DNA from: an uncultured Bacteroidales bacterium
Lineage (GTDB): Bacteria; Bacteroidota; Bacteroidia; Bacteroidales; WCHB1-69
Reading direction: 5' to 3'
Assembly (NCBI GenBank): GCA_900316305.1
Contig: ONCM01000003.1
Span: 4,762 to 68,761, forward strand
DNA length: 64,000 bases
Both the position numbers and the translations under genes were made by a program. The notes beneath the pieces were generated by a model. The model searched no databases and was not told the DNA's origin. It saw only the letters and a program-made list of their open reading frames with translations. Shown here piece by piece: positions 9,480 to 18,419 of this stretch (within the stretch, counting starts at the first letter, position 1; every line of letters begins with the position of its first letter).

Positions 9480-9728
9480 ATGGGACTTTTAAGCAGATTT
9501 TTCAGCAATGCAAGGAAGCCCGAAGGCTTTTTAGGCAAGATAATGGTGAATGGAATGAACGGCGGCGGTCACGCCGCGATGGATGCCAAATGGGAGAGCA
9601 TGATTGAGGGAATGCACACTTACACGCCCGAAGAAATCAAACTCCATCTTACGAATGTCGGCTTCCATGATTTCAACATCACGGTAAACGAGGAAAAGCG
9701 GTGGCTGTGCGTGACGGTGAGGAAATGA
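9480..9728 (+). pseudogene. Class I SAM methyltransferase with an in-frame internal deletion
   Basis: The N-terminus ARKPEGFLGK.MV.GMN.GGHA joins directly to the C-terminus IEGM..YT.EEI...L...GF...WLCV. No SAM-binding GxG core; 82 aa. Confidence 0.7.
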
Positions 9729-9811
9729 TTTTTTCTTTGTTTTCGAAAAAATCCGTCTGTTTATTTTTGGCTATATGAACAAAAAAACATCCGTTATAGC
9801 CAAAAATAATT
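9729..9811. repeat. ~80-bp palindromic intergenic element, copy A
   Basis: Inverted repeat TTATTTTTGGCTAT...ATAGCCAAAAATAA. Direct repeat of 13804-13888. Confidence 0.88.
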
Positions 9812-9881
9812 CATTCAAGAAATAAATCAGAAAGAGTTATATTACTCGTTATTAGATTGTTATAGTAAATATCAATTCCAC

Positions 9882-10409
9882 TCAATATGTGTGGAATGTG
9901 CTGAAACGAACATGTCCGTAATCATGTATAGATTTCGATTCCTCAAGTAGTATTTCGGCAACTGGTAGTTGGTTCCACAAACGGTATTGCAAAGTGGATA
10001 TGTCTTCTAATTCGACAAACTCTAGATCAAAATTTAAAGTATATTCCTTAAGTACAGAAACAAATTCTTCCTTGTTATGGGCTTTTGCAATTGTTTGGAC
10101 GTATGCCCCTTCCACATCTCCCAATAATTCATTATTTCTTGAACGGGTTTTAACATGAAGACAACCAAACCAAATGTCTTTATATTTTGATGTCGCCTGA
10201 ATGTTCATCAGCTCATACAGATACGCAGGGCTTTGCACATACAATTCTCCATCCTCATCCTGCAAGATATCTATCAATGGAGAATTATAAACCTTCTCCA
10301 TGGCCTGTTCAATGCTGCACCCTGTGTCCTCCATCACATATTTCACCAACTCGCTCAAGGCATAGTCGGTGAGATATGTCGCTATTTGGTGATGAGAAGG
10401 CTGTGTCAT
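9882..10409 (-). CDS. Chimeric protein: DUF3791-system-like N-terminal helical domain fused to an unrelated C-terminal domain
   Basis: The first ~68 aa (AM..VYNS....L.DED..LY.QSPAYLYE) resemble proteins that accompany DUF3791/DUF3990. The C-terminal part is AT-richer. Confidence 0.55.
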   Translation of the reverse strand: MTQPSHHQIATYLTDYALSELVKYVMEDTGCSIEQAMEKVYNSPLIDILQDEDGELYVQSPAYLYELMNIQATSKYKDIWFGCLHVKTRSRNNELLGDVEGAYVQTIAKAHNKEEFVSVLKEYTLNFDLEFVELEDISTLQYRLWNQLPVAEILLEESKSIHDYGHVRFSTFHTY

Positions 10410-10621
10410 GCGAGTACACCTCCGTTTTGTTGGCAGACAATGAGCAAGTCGTCTATAGTCTCATCCATCGACTGAAGATGTTCCACATCGTAAAACTCAA
10501 TCAGGAAGGATAGTCCTTTATGCTTGTGCAGGTAGTTGAACGCTGCTTGTCGGGTCATCGCGAAACGTTGTCCGAAAGCCTGCACGGCAGCTGTCAGAAA
10601 GGGTATCTCGTATTTGCTCAT
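10406..10621 (-). CDS. DUF3791 domain protein
   Basis: 71 aa with AFNYL...KGL.FL.E.YDVEH.QS....IDDL...C..NGG. Confidence 0.8.
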   Translation of the reverse strand: MSKYEIPFLTAAVQAFGQRFAMTRQAAFNYLHKHKGLSFLIEFYDVEHLQSMDETIDDLLIVCQQNGGVLA

Positions 10622-10673
10622 TTCTTGTAGAAATCAATATTATTTCAGACTGCAAAAATACTCATTTTTACAA

Positions 10674-11294
10674 TCAGTCAAAATGTTTTTTCGCTGTTTC
10701 CACCGCCTTCACTGCCCCCAAACAGTGAATCCTGACCACACGATTGCTGTCGCTTTCGGCGATGTTGCGCAACAAATCCAAGTAGGGTTCCACAAACTCC
10801 GGTCTGCGTTTACCGAGGACGCGGAACATTTCAGGTGCTTCCATTCTGACGCGATCGTCGCGATCATGTAGCAGTTCCGCAAACAGCGACATATAATCAT
10901 TGTACGGGTCGGGCGTGTTGGTGGCGATGTTTTCCGACGCCCAGATGAAGGCCAGCCGGACGCCCGCCTCTTCATCGTGGGCGAAGCAAAACAGACTATC
11001 CCAATACGGCTCAACAGACGAATAGCAGCCTCGCCCGATTCTGCCGAGGGCATTCACGGCACGCTCCCGCAGAAGCGGCTCCCCACTATCGCAAAAGGCG
11101 GCAATCGCAGAAACGCTGTCCTTGACGGCAATCGGGAACTTTAGTCCCATCTCACCTAACAACCACAGCGCTTTCTCCTTGATTTTGGTGGACTCTGACG
11201 ACAGCAGCGACGCGACGAATGGAATATTTCCCTCCCATTGGTCTTTGCTTTTGGTCAGGGTACCGAGGTTTTTGTATAGTTCGGATTCGGTCAT
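10674..11294 (-). CDS. HEAT-repeat protein
   Basis: Repeats KALWLLG, LRERAVNALGRIG, VRLAFIWA, VRMEAPE and VVRIHCLGA. Confidence 0.8.
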   Translation of the reverse strand: MTESELYKNLGTLTKSKDQWEGNIPFVASLLSSESTKIKEKALWLLGEMGLKFPIAVKDSVSAIAAFCDSGEPLLRERAVNALGRIGRGCYSSVEPYWDSLFCFAHDEEAGVRLAFIWASENIATNTPDPYNDYMSLFAELLHDRDDRVRMEAPEMFRVLGKRRPEFVEPYLDLLRNIAESDSNRVVRIHCLGAVKAVETAKKHFD

Positions 11295-11303
11295 AAAAGT
11301 TTA

Positions 11304-11792
11304 CTATTTAACCCTCTTTAATGTCAATGTGTTTACCGTTGTGCCGTCTTTGATTGAATCGACAGATGTGAGTACAAGTTTGTCTTGCGAAAGGGAATCA
11401 ATTACAAACCAAGGACTAATTCCAGGCTCGTTGTCCTCTCTTAACATAAGGCTGTCGTTTTTCAGAAAATAGCTGTATTGCATTGTGATCGAATCACCAT
11501 CAGCGTATCCGGTTTCGTAATAAACCCTGTTATCCTCGAAACGCCATAAGAAAGCAGGGACAAGAGTCTCGGTTACTTCTTTACCAGAAACGGTCTTTGT
11601 TCTATTCAGTCGGACGGCTTTCCATTCGCCGATGAGCATTAACTGCCAATCGTATTCAAAGCCCCCACCGCAAGCCATACTGTCGTTGAATTCGTTTTCA
11701 AAAACGGTGACGTTGTTCTGCGTTCCGCTCTTGCAGGCAGTCAGCATTACGAGGGCGAGCACCACTGCACATAGCATTACTGTTTTCTTCAT
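11304..11792 (-). CDS. Lipoprotein, lipocalin-like domain
   Basis: Lipobox LTAC, motif LIGEWK and a beta-rich body. Start taken at MKKTV. Confidence 0.7.
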   Translation of the reverse strand: MKKTVMLCAVVLALVMLTACKSGTQNNVTVFENEFNDSMACGGGFEYDWQLMLIGEWKAVRLNRTKTVSGKEVTETLVPAFLWRFEDNRVYYETGYADGDSITMQYSYFLKNDSLMLREDNEPGISPWFVIDSLSQDKLVLTSVDSIKDGTTVNTLTLKRVK

Positions 11793-12007
11793 GATTCTCT
11801 GATATTTATGTTTAAATAACAAACGGAAAATCCGCAGTGTTGTTGCGGATTTTTCAGGAATACCCGCAACGATAGCATTGCAAAAACACTTTTCCTTCTT
11901 TTAGTGTGCCGAGTTGTTTATACGATTCTGATTCGATTGTACATTAAACAATCCAAGGCATCTCTTTTTCGTCAGTGTATTATACTTGGCTGTGAAATGT
12001 ATTAGGA

Positions 12008-12340
12008 TTAAAAAATCGACACCTTTATTTTCTCCACAATCTGGTCAAAGTAAGGTTGCTTAAGACGGCTGATTTTACGCACTACATCGCGTTCAATGTC
12101 TCCCATTATCAGCTGACATTTCACATAACTTTGTTTACTTAATGGTTTTGTCAGCATTTCGTCGGAAAGGGTAAAGCTATACTGCGGATTGTAGTCTTTC
12201 GAAGAAATCATGCACAAATAGATGTAGCCCTCGTTCTCCTGCAGTTCATTATTTGAAATAATCAACGCCGGATGGGGCTTAAATGAACCATCTGGAAACA
12301 TAAAGTTGACTTCAACAACGTCACGCTGCTCGTATTTCAT
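12008..12340 (-). CDS. PemK/MazF-family toxin
   Basis: RDVVEVNF.FPDG..K.HPALIISN...ISS pattern, 110 aa, downstream of a small gene. Confidence 0.8.
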   Translation of the reverse strand: MKYEQRDVVEVNFMFPDGSFKPHPALIISNNELQENEGYIYLCMISSKDYNPQYSFTLSDEMLTKPLSKQSYVKCQLIMGDIERDVVRKISRLKQPYFDQIVEKIKVSIF

Positions 12341-12346
12341 AGGATG

Positions 12347-12556
12347 TTAGATTTTGTTTTCGTTCAACCAACGGGCCATATTATTTTTTGATGTGCATAA
12401 GAATGCTTGCCGTTCCTCTTCGGCCGTCCACTCGCGATCTTTCGCTTCTTCTTGAGACTGCGAAATGTGGAACACGTTTCCTAACGAGCGTATCAATGCC
12501 ACAACACTTTGCGCCACCTTACTGCGCCCATCGTAAGTTATTGTTAATGTTGCCAT
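12347..12556 (-). CDS. Putative antitoxin
   Basis: 69 aa (MATLTITYDGRS...), 6 bp upstream of the toxin, with its own TATTTTTG promoter at about 12579-12586. Confidence 0.65.
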   Translation of the reverse strand: MATLTITYDGRSKVAQSVVALIRSLGNVFHISQSQEEAKDREWTAEEERQAFLCTSKNNMARWLNENKI

Positions 12557-12712
12557 ATTTTCATCTATTTTCAAACGGCAAAAATACTAAAATAATTCGA
12601 ACAGCAATGTCACGATTTAATACTATGGCTACAAAGGTATAAAATTACCATATATAATCAAAAATGATTTATATCAGACACGCTTTAGTGTCTTGAACAT
12701 AACTCACAAAGG

Positions 12713-13486
12713 TTACATCTCTGCAACCTTTACTTTCTTACTGCGCCAAAAGAACCAAATCTCCCCGCCAATTCCAAACAGGACGAGAACAATTCCCAAG
12801 TATAAGCCCCACTTCGAATCCGTCCGGGACCACTCATTATAGTCAGATAATGTAAAGCAGGAATTATTGGATTCGTATGCGACCACAAAGGGGTCGTATT
12901 CATCTTGTGTATGGAGCTCTCTGTTGGTAAGCGCACTATTTTCCACGACACGCTGATAATCACGAACAGGAACATATAATGTTATGGGTGATTCGCTAGT
13001 CAAGGTTTTATCAATAATGGGTATATAAAACCAATATTGAGGGTATTCTATCAATAATACATGAGTAAAGGTTTCTCGTGCTTTAACACGCTCTATGACA
13101 ACTTCTGATATGGTGCCATTGATACTACGGAGATTTTCAGGTTTGACATCCTTGTAACCAAAATAACTAATGAGCGCAAAAATGCCAAGACCAAAACACA
13201 ACAACCCCCAAACAATAGAGCCAACAATGATTAGTATTCGTGAAAAATGCCGCTTGGTTTCTGTGTCTTTTTGTTTAGGCTCATCACCCTTGTAAAACAG
13301 AATAGTCGCAAACGGCAGAAGTACCCATACACCAAAAAACATAGTAAGTATCAAAGAAGTCCACTGGATGTATCCATCCACAAACACATTCTTTGCACTT
13401 GTAAACGTCGGATATGCAAAAATCAAAGCAAGCAATAGACTTACCAATATCGCATTTTTCCGATTCTTCTGTTTGTCGTTTTCCAT
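12713..13486 (-). CDS. Hypothetical membrane protein
   Basis: 257 aa with three N-terminal and one C-terminal hydrophobic helix. AT-rich. Confidence 0.7.
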   Translation of the reverse strand: MENDKQKNRKNAILVSLLLALIFAYPTFTSAKNVFVDGYIQWTSLILTMFFGVWVLLPFATILFYKGDEPKQKDTETKRHFSRILIIVGSIVWGLLCFGLGIFALISYFGYKDVKPENLRSINGTISEVVIERVKARETFTHVLLIEYPQYWFYIPIIDKTLTSESPITLYVPVRDYQRVVENSALTNRELHTQDEYDPFVVAYESNNSCFTLSDYNEWSRTDSKWGLYLGIVLVLFGIGGEIWFFWRSKKVKVAEM

Positions 13487-13640
13487 TACTAAAGGATTTG
13501 TCTTACTGCTACACGCCTATCATTCTATATCTCCGGTTCCTGTTCCCGCCACGGGCTTCCAGATAACCGAATCCAGATTAGAGTATCAAATTTTCGGCAA
13601 AAATACTCATTTTTTCAACGATTTCTACTTGATTCTGACG

Positions 13641-13790
13641 TTAATACAACGCCTGATAAATCCTCCTGATCTCCTCTTCGTCCAAGGGAACGTAATTGTT
13701 GGCCAACAGCCGCTGCTGGGTCTTGAGCACACTGGTGGTGAATTCGTCTATCTCGGCGGGCTTCATGCCATAGTGACGAAGCGTGTCTAT
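13641..13790 (-). pseudogene. 3' remnant of a 4-hydroxybutyrate dehydrogenase-like Fe-alcohol dehydrogenase
   Basis: Manual translation gives LRHYGMKPAEIDEFTTSVLKTQQRLLANNYVPLDEEEIRRIYQALY*. An in-frame stop lies upstream at 13845 and the catalytic domain is absent. Confidence 0.7.
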
Positions 13791-13803
13791 AGGTGACTTA
13801 CCC

Positions 13804-13888
13804 TTTTTTCTTGCTTTTTGAAAAAAACGTCTGTTTATTTTTGGCTATTCAAATATAAAAAACATCCGTTATAGCCAAAAATAATTAA
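13804..13888. repeat. ~80-bp palindromic intergenic element, copy B
   Basis: Same inverted repeat and the same AAAACATCCGTT loop segment as copy A. Confidence 0.88.
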
Positions 13889-13889
13889 T

Positions 13890-14441
13890 TTACTCGGCAA
13901 CCGAACCTATGTGAATCCATTTCAACTTGCCACTCGGACACCAGAATTCCGTGCCTCCATAGATGCTTCCGAGAAACACACGGTCGTTGTCCGTCAGTTC
14001 CTCATTCAAGATATCCTTGTAACGGTCATAAACCTTGTCTTTGGTGTCACCCACCTTAACGCCTCTGCTTGTTTTGTATCGGTTGCCGGAAGTAACCATG
14101 ATTGAAAAGACAGACGATGGGGCGCCCGCGGTGTCCGACTCCATATCCAGAACTATGCCGTCATATATCCACTCCGCATAGAAAAAACCTGAAAATTCCA
14201 TAAATCCCTCATAGACAACAGAATCTGGTTTGCCGAGTTTGTTGAGGACGACTGTATCGGTCACACCGACAGTCAACCAGCCATTGATTGTGTCAAACAG
14301 AAATTCTTCGTCCTCCTTGGATGCCTCTGAAGACTTAACAATTTCTCTATCTGAAGTATCTTCAATTACAACTTTGCTCTTGCAAGCGTTCATGGCGACA
14401 AGGGCGAGTATCACTGCACATAGCATTACTATCTTCTTCAT
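13890..14441 (-). CDS. Hypothetical lipoprotein
   Basis: Lipobox MNAC and motif KTSRGVKVGD. The signal peptide is nearly the same as that of 11304..11792. Confidence 0.75.
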   Translation of the reverse strand: MKKIVMLCAVILALVAMNACKSKVVIEDTSDREIVKSSEASKEDEEFLFDTINGWLTVGVTDTVVLNKLGKPDSVVYEGFMEFSGFFYAEWIYDGIVLDMESDTAGAPSSVFSIMVTSGNRYKTSRGVKVGDTKDKVYDRYKDILNEELTDNDRVFLGSIYGGTEFWCPSGKLKWIHIGSVAE

Positions 14442-14570
14442 AAATTTCTGATATTTAAGTTTGCAAAAATACTCATTTTTTGTAAACCTAAACACCTCCA
14501 CAAAGACGCGGAGCCCTTGCGGCAGTATGTTCCGTTTCCCAAAGCGTGCCTTCCGCACGCAGTTGTCGCA

Positions 14571-15635
14571 CTATACCTTCCGGCCAATTTTCTTGAGCAA
14601 ACGTCTTACTTTGCGGCTTCGCTTGACCAGCCACTCCTCGATCATCTCCTCCTCCATTTCAGGACCGTCGATAATCTCGTTCTTGCGTCTTTCTGAACGG
14701 GCAAACCGGAGATATGCCCCTATATGACGCCGCTTTTTCTCGTGATAGATAGCATCGAACGGGATAAGCACCCCCGTGTCCTCGATATTGTGCATCAAAT
14801 GGTTCACTGCCGTACCGAACATGAGCAATTCAGACGTGATGGAAACGTAAGCCGTTACATTGGGTGGGACATTCACATTTCTCATTCTGGCCGCCCCCTT
14901 AAGCAACTTGTAATCTTCCAATTGGTCTTCCTTGTTCAATACCAGATCCATCAATCCGGGATCGGAAGCGGGCATGATCGCTTGGTCGTCCCACGGCCGG
15001 ACAAGTTCATCCTTATCCCCAAAATGTTTCCATAAGAAATGGTAAATCAGATCTTTAGCAATATAGTCGTAGGAAGGATACAGGGTGATCTTTCCGAAGA
15101 AATAGAGCAAATTGGGATTCTTCATGATAATGGCCACCAAACCGTCCCACAAGTTGTCAAAGGCGAAAATAGACTTCGCACCGCCCTTGGAACTCTGATA
15201 CTCCGGTGCCACGAAATTGCGTCCGAGTTCAATGACATGCGGCAGATACTCATCGATAAACTTCTGGGAAAAGCGGAACTGATGGGAACTGGCTAGTACA
15301 GGCTGACCGTTTTCGTCAATCTTCGCCTCCGAGCCGAAAAGGAAGCGATAACCGCCAATAATGGCCTCATTCTCCGGATCCCAGACAATCAGCTGCTTAT
15401 ACGGCTTCTCCATCTTGTCGTATTCATCAAGATCTATAGCATTGCCCGTGGAACCGCCGGCCTCGCGGAACGCCAACTCCCGCAATCGGCCGATTTCCGT
15501 GACCACGTTGGGGGAATCCTGCCACGTTACAATGTAGAGCTCGTTGTGCCCTTTGTTGGTGTCTTCCAGCTTCTTGGATTTGGTGAGTTCTGACTTGATT
15601 AGTTCAACCGGTACGGGATCTATGATGGTATTCAT
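14571..15635 (-). CDS. GlsB/OlsB-like N-acyltransferase (GNAT; glycine/amino-lipid synthesis)
   Basis: EIGRLRE.AFR.AGG.TG...DLDEYD, YKQLIVW, IELGR.FV, DNLWDGL and YFFGK.T.YPSY match Bacteroides GlsB/ChoA-type enzymes. Confidence 0.85.
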   Translation of the reverse strand: MNTIIDPVPVELIKSELTKSKKLEDTNKGHNELYIVTWQDSPNVVTEIGRLRELAFREAGGSTGNAIDLDEYDKMEKPYKQLIVWDPENEAIIGGYRFLFGSEAKIDENGQPVLASSHQFRFSQKFIDEYLPHVIELGRNFVAPEYQSSKGGAKSIFAFDNLWDGLVAIIMKNPNLLYFFGKITLYPSYDYIAKDLIYHFLWKHFGDKDELVRPWDDQAIMPASDPGLMDLVLNKEDQLEDYKLLKGAARMRNVNVPPNVTAYVSITSELLMFGTAVNHLMHNIEDTGVLIPFDAIYHEKKRRHIGAYLRFARSERRKNEIIDGPEMEEEMIEEWLVKRSRKVRRLLKKIGRKV

Positions 15636-15648
15636 AATGATGGAGATT

Positions 15649-16512
15649 TTAATCGATACTGGATGGCCAGGGGTTGGAAACGATGCCTGCCATATCAAGC
15701 ATAGTCTGGTGCGCCAAATCGCGCATACGTGCCACCTCCTCTTTCCGGGGAGCGTTGAGGTCAGGCACGATCGGGTCGCCCACGTGGATGGTGAGCAGTG
15801 GTTCGTCTTTGCAGAAAAGTTTACGCCATCCGGTGCGCGGCCGGAAGGAGAGCATCAGGGGGATGACCGGGAGCGCGTACCGGTAGGCCATGTTGAACGT
15901 GCCTATTTTGAACGGTCGTAGCGGGGCATAGAATTTCCAGCTGCAGCTTTCGGGGAAGATGTGTATCCACTGTTTTTTGGCATGAAGTTCTTCCAAAGCC
16001 TTGTCAAATTCCCGAAGTCCGCTGCGTTCCTCCGGGATGGCGATGCCGCCGATGGCTTTCATCAAAAACCCGTCCTTGCCTCGAAACGGCTGGGCGTACA
16101 TGGGAATCCAGGCCTTGCGGTAGCGCATCGCCTGCAACACGCAAATCATGTCCCATCGGTGGACGTGGTTGCACACGGTCATCATGCCGTTTGCAAAAAG
16201 ATCGCGGTTTTGGAGAATTTTCTCGCGGCCTTCAATCTTGAGACCATAACGAATTCGGTTCACAGGGAAAGCAGCAATCCAGAGGGCAAAATAAACGAGG
16301 GAATGCCAAATTTTGAACTTCAGAGATTTATCAAGATAGGGGTAAGTCTCATCAAATGCAATGTCCTTGAGTTCCCCGCGTATGGGTGCCATTCTCGTAA
16401 ACGGGTCGTCCCCGGAAAAATCCTCCTTCGGCTCAGGGACGAAAACCTCCTCCCTGACCTTGAAGTTCCGGTACGCCGGTCCGTATGATGAATAGTCCTT
16501 TATCGTGTTCAT
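15649..16512 (-). CDS. PlsC-like lysophospholipid acyltransferase
   Basis: NHxxxxD motif (CNHVHRWD), IFPE and PFK.G.F..A. Confidence 0.85.
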   Translation of the reverse strand: MNTIKDYSSYGPAYRNFKVREEVFVPEPKEDFSGDDPFTRMAPIRGELKDIAFDETYPYLDKSLKFKIWHSLVYFALWIAAFPVNRIRYGLKIEGREKILQNRDLFANGMMTVCNHVHRWDMICVLQAMRYRKAWIPMYAQPFRGKDGFLMKAIGGIAIPEERSGLREFDKALEELHAKKQWIHIFPESCSWKFYAPLRPFKIGTFNMAYRYALPVIPLMLSFRPRTGWRKLFCKDEPLLTIHVGDPIVPDLNAPRKEEVARMRDLAHQTMLDMAGIVSNPWPSSID

Positions 16513-16590
16513 TTTCCAGCATTATTACGAACAAATCTTCGAGTTTCGTAATGATGCTGCAAAATTAACATTTTTTTGTATAGTACGGAT

Positions 16591-17373
16591 TCAGTTTTCG
16601 TTTATTGTCGTACTACTTTCCTTCTTCTCTTCTTCGTTCCTCGCCTTCACGCGCTGGTTCAATTCCTGCATATATCCGGCGGTGATGATACTCGACGGCA
16701 AGGCAATGATGGCAATACCCAGCAGCGAAGAAATGATACTGAGAGTCCTTCCCATGGCAGATACGGGACACAAATCGCCATATCCCACAGTACTCAGCGT
16801 GATGGCGGCCCAATAGACGGCGTCATAGAAAGTTTTGAAGATGTACTGCCCTGTCGCTGGGTCTATTTCATGCTCCGACTGAAAAATGAGAATGGCCGTG
16901 ATGAGGATGTCGAAAAAGGCCACAAACATGACAGTCGCCAGCAGCTTCCACTGCTTCTTTAGCACCGTGACAAATATGTCCAAAGGACCAATGTAATGGA
17001 CAATCTTTGTGAATCGAAAAATCTTCAGCAAACGCATTGCCTTGGTTAGCTTGTATGCGGGTGCCAGCAGATGGAAAGTAGGCAAGATGGACAGAAAATC
17101 CATAATGGCCATTGGGGTGAATGGATAGAGAAGGAACGCCTTCCATTTGGGCTTGTCGGAACGCAAGTCGCAAGTCACCCAGCGGAGAATATAATCCACC
17201 AGATAGACGACACCGGAAATAACATCAAAATACACAAACAAAGGCTTCTGCTCCCGGAACAGCAGGGGTACTGTGCCTATGACTATGGCCACGAGCATCA
17301 CACAATCGTAAGCGCGCGAGAGAGTGCCCTTCTTTCTCGGTTCAACCAGGTCGCTAATCCATTTTCTGTTCAT
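16591..17373 (-). CDS. Voltage-gated potassium channel-family ion transporter
   Basis: Selectivity filter TVGYGD, six TM segments and a basic S4-like helix. Confidence 0.92.
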   Translation of the reverse strand: MNRKWISDLVEPRKKGTLSRAYDCVMLVAIVIGTVPLLFREQKPLFVYFDVISGVVYLVDYILRWVTCDLRSDKPKWKAFLLYPFTPMAIMDFLSILPTFHLLAPAYKLTKAMRLLKIFRFTKIVHYIGPLDIFVTVLKKQWKLLATVMFVAFFDILITAILIFQSEHEIDPATGQYIFKTFYDAVYWAAITLSTVGYGDLCPVSAMGRTLSIISSLLGIAIIALPSSIITAGYMQELNQRVKARNEEEKKESSTTINEN

Positions 17374-17478
17374 TCTCTAAGTTAAATTAGAACGAATATT
17401 CATTATTTTATCGCATTATTTTCAACAAATGCCATAAGTCAAAACTGATGAATTATTTTTGCGCAAAAAAAATTACAC

Positions 17479-18078
17479 TCACCCTATCACAGCACCATGT
17501 ACAATCGCCAGAATGTTGTTGGAGAAGAGTTTGATGGCCATCGCCAGAAGGATAACCCCAAAGAACTTCCGCAGCACATAGATGACATCGGCGCCCAACC
17601 ATCGGCTGATTTTATCGAGATAGCGCAGCACGATGTAGTCGATGACGATGTTGATGGCCAAGCCGATCATGATGTTCACGGTGGCGTATTCCGCATGGAG
17701 CGAGATGAAGGCGGTGATGGCTCCGGGTCCGGCAATGAGCGGGAAGGCGATGGGAACGATGCTGGCACCCGACGAGGTGGGCTCGTTTTTGATGATGTCG
17801 CGCCCTAAGATCATTTCGAAGGCTAGAATGAAAAGCACGATAGAACCCGCAACGGCGAACGACGGCATGTCAATGCCGAAGAGTTTGAGCAACGCATCGC
17901 CCAGAAAATAGAATCCGACGAACAGGATAAGGGCGGCGGCAGTGGCTTCCAAGGGTTTGATTTTCGTCCCCTTGTCGCGCATGGAGACAAAAATGGGGAT
18001 GGAACCGGTGATGTCGATAATGGCGAACATCACGAGGAACGTGCTGAATATCTCTACGAAGTTGATTTGTGCGAACAT
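17479..18078 (-). CDS. MarC family membrane protein
   Basis: Motifs F.IID..G.IP, VPIAFPLIAGPGAIT and FGVILLA.AI. Confidence 0.92.
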   Translation of the reverse strand: MFAQINFVEIFSTFLVMFAIIDITGSIPIFVSMRDKGTKIKPLEATAAALILFVGFYFLGDALLKLFGIDMPSFAVAGSIVLFILAFEMILGRDIIKNEPTSSGASIVPIAFPLIAGPGAITAFISLHAEYATVNIMIGLAINIVIDYIVLRYLDKISRWLGADVIYVLRKFFGVILLAMAIKLFSNNILAIVHGAVIG

Positions 18079-18140
18079 GATGATTGTCTTTTGCAATTGC
18101 GGCGGCAAAAGTACAAAAAAAGTGTATTTTTGCAGCCGCA

Positions 18141-18274
18141 AAATGGTGAAGGGAAACAGGTGCGAATCCTGTACAGTACCCGCTGCTGTAAGTTCCGCGA
18201 AAGGAGCCGCAAAATGTCACTGTCGAAAGATGGGAAGACGCCGCTTCAGGAACAAGTCAGAAAACCTGCCATTT
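18141..18274 (+). promoter_or_regulatory. Cobalamin riboswitch 2 (P2 stem absent)
   Basis: GGGAAACAGGTGCGAATCCTG, CCCGCTGCTGTAA, TCACTG..GGGAAG and AAGTCAGAAAACCTGCC. Promoter TATTTTTG at 18125-18132. Confidence 0.93.
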
Positions 18275-18419
18275 ATGCGTTGTTAATCGCTTCGGGAGGT
18301 AGGCGGATACAAAAGAGACCTTAATCACACTCTTTGTTTCTATTATTAACCGAAGCATTTTGTCAAACTTAAATGCTAAGGATTACACGTATTTGGTATT
18401 TTTAATAAACAAAACAATT

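Noticed and set aside
9729-14462. True integron or prophage
   Set aside because: No integrase, no convincing attC RYYYAAC/GTTRRRY ends and no phage structural genes.
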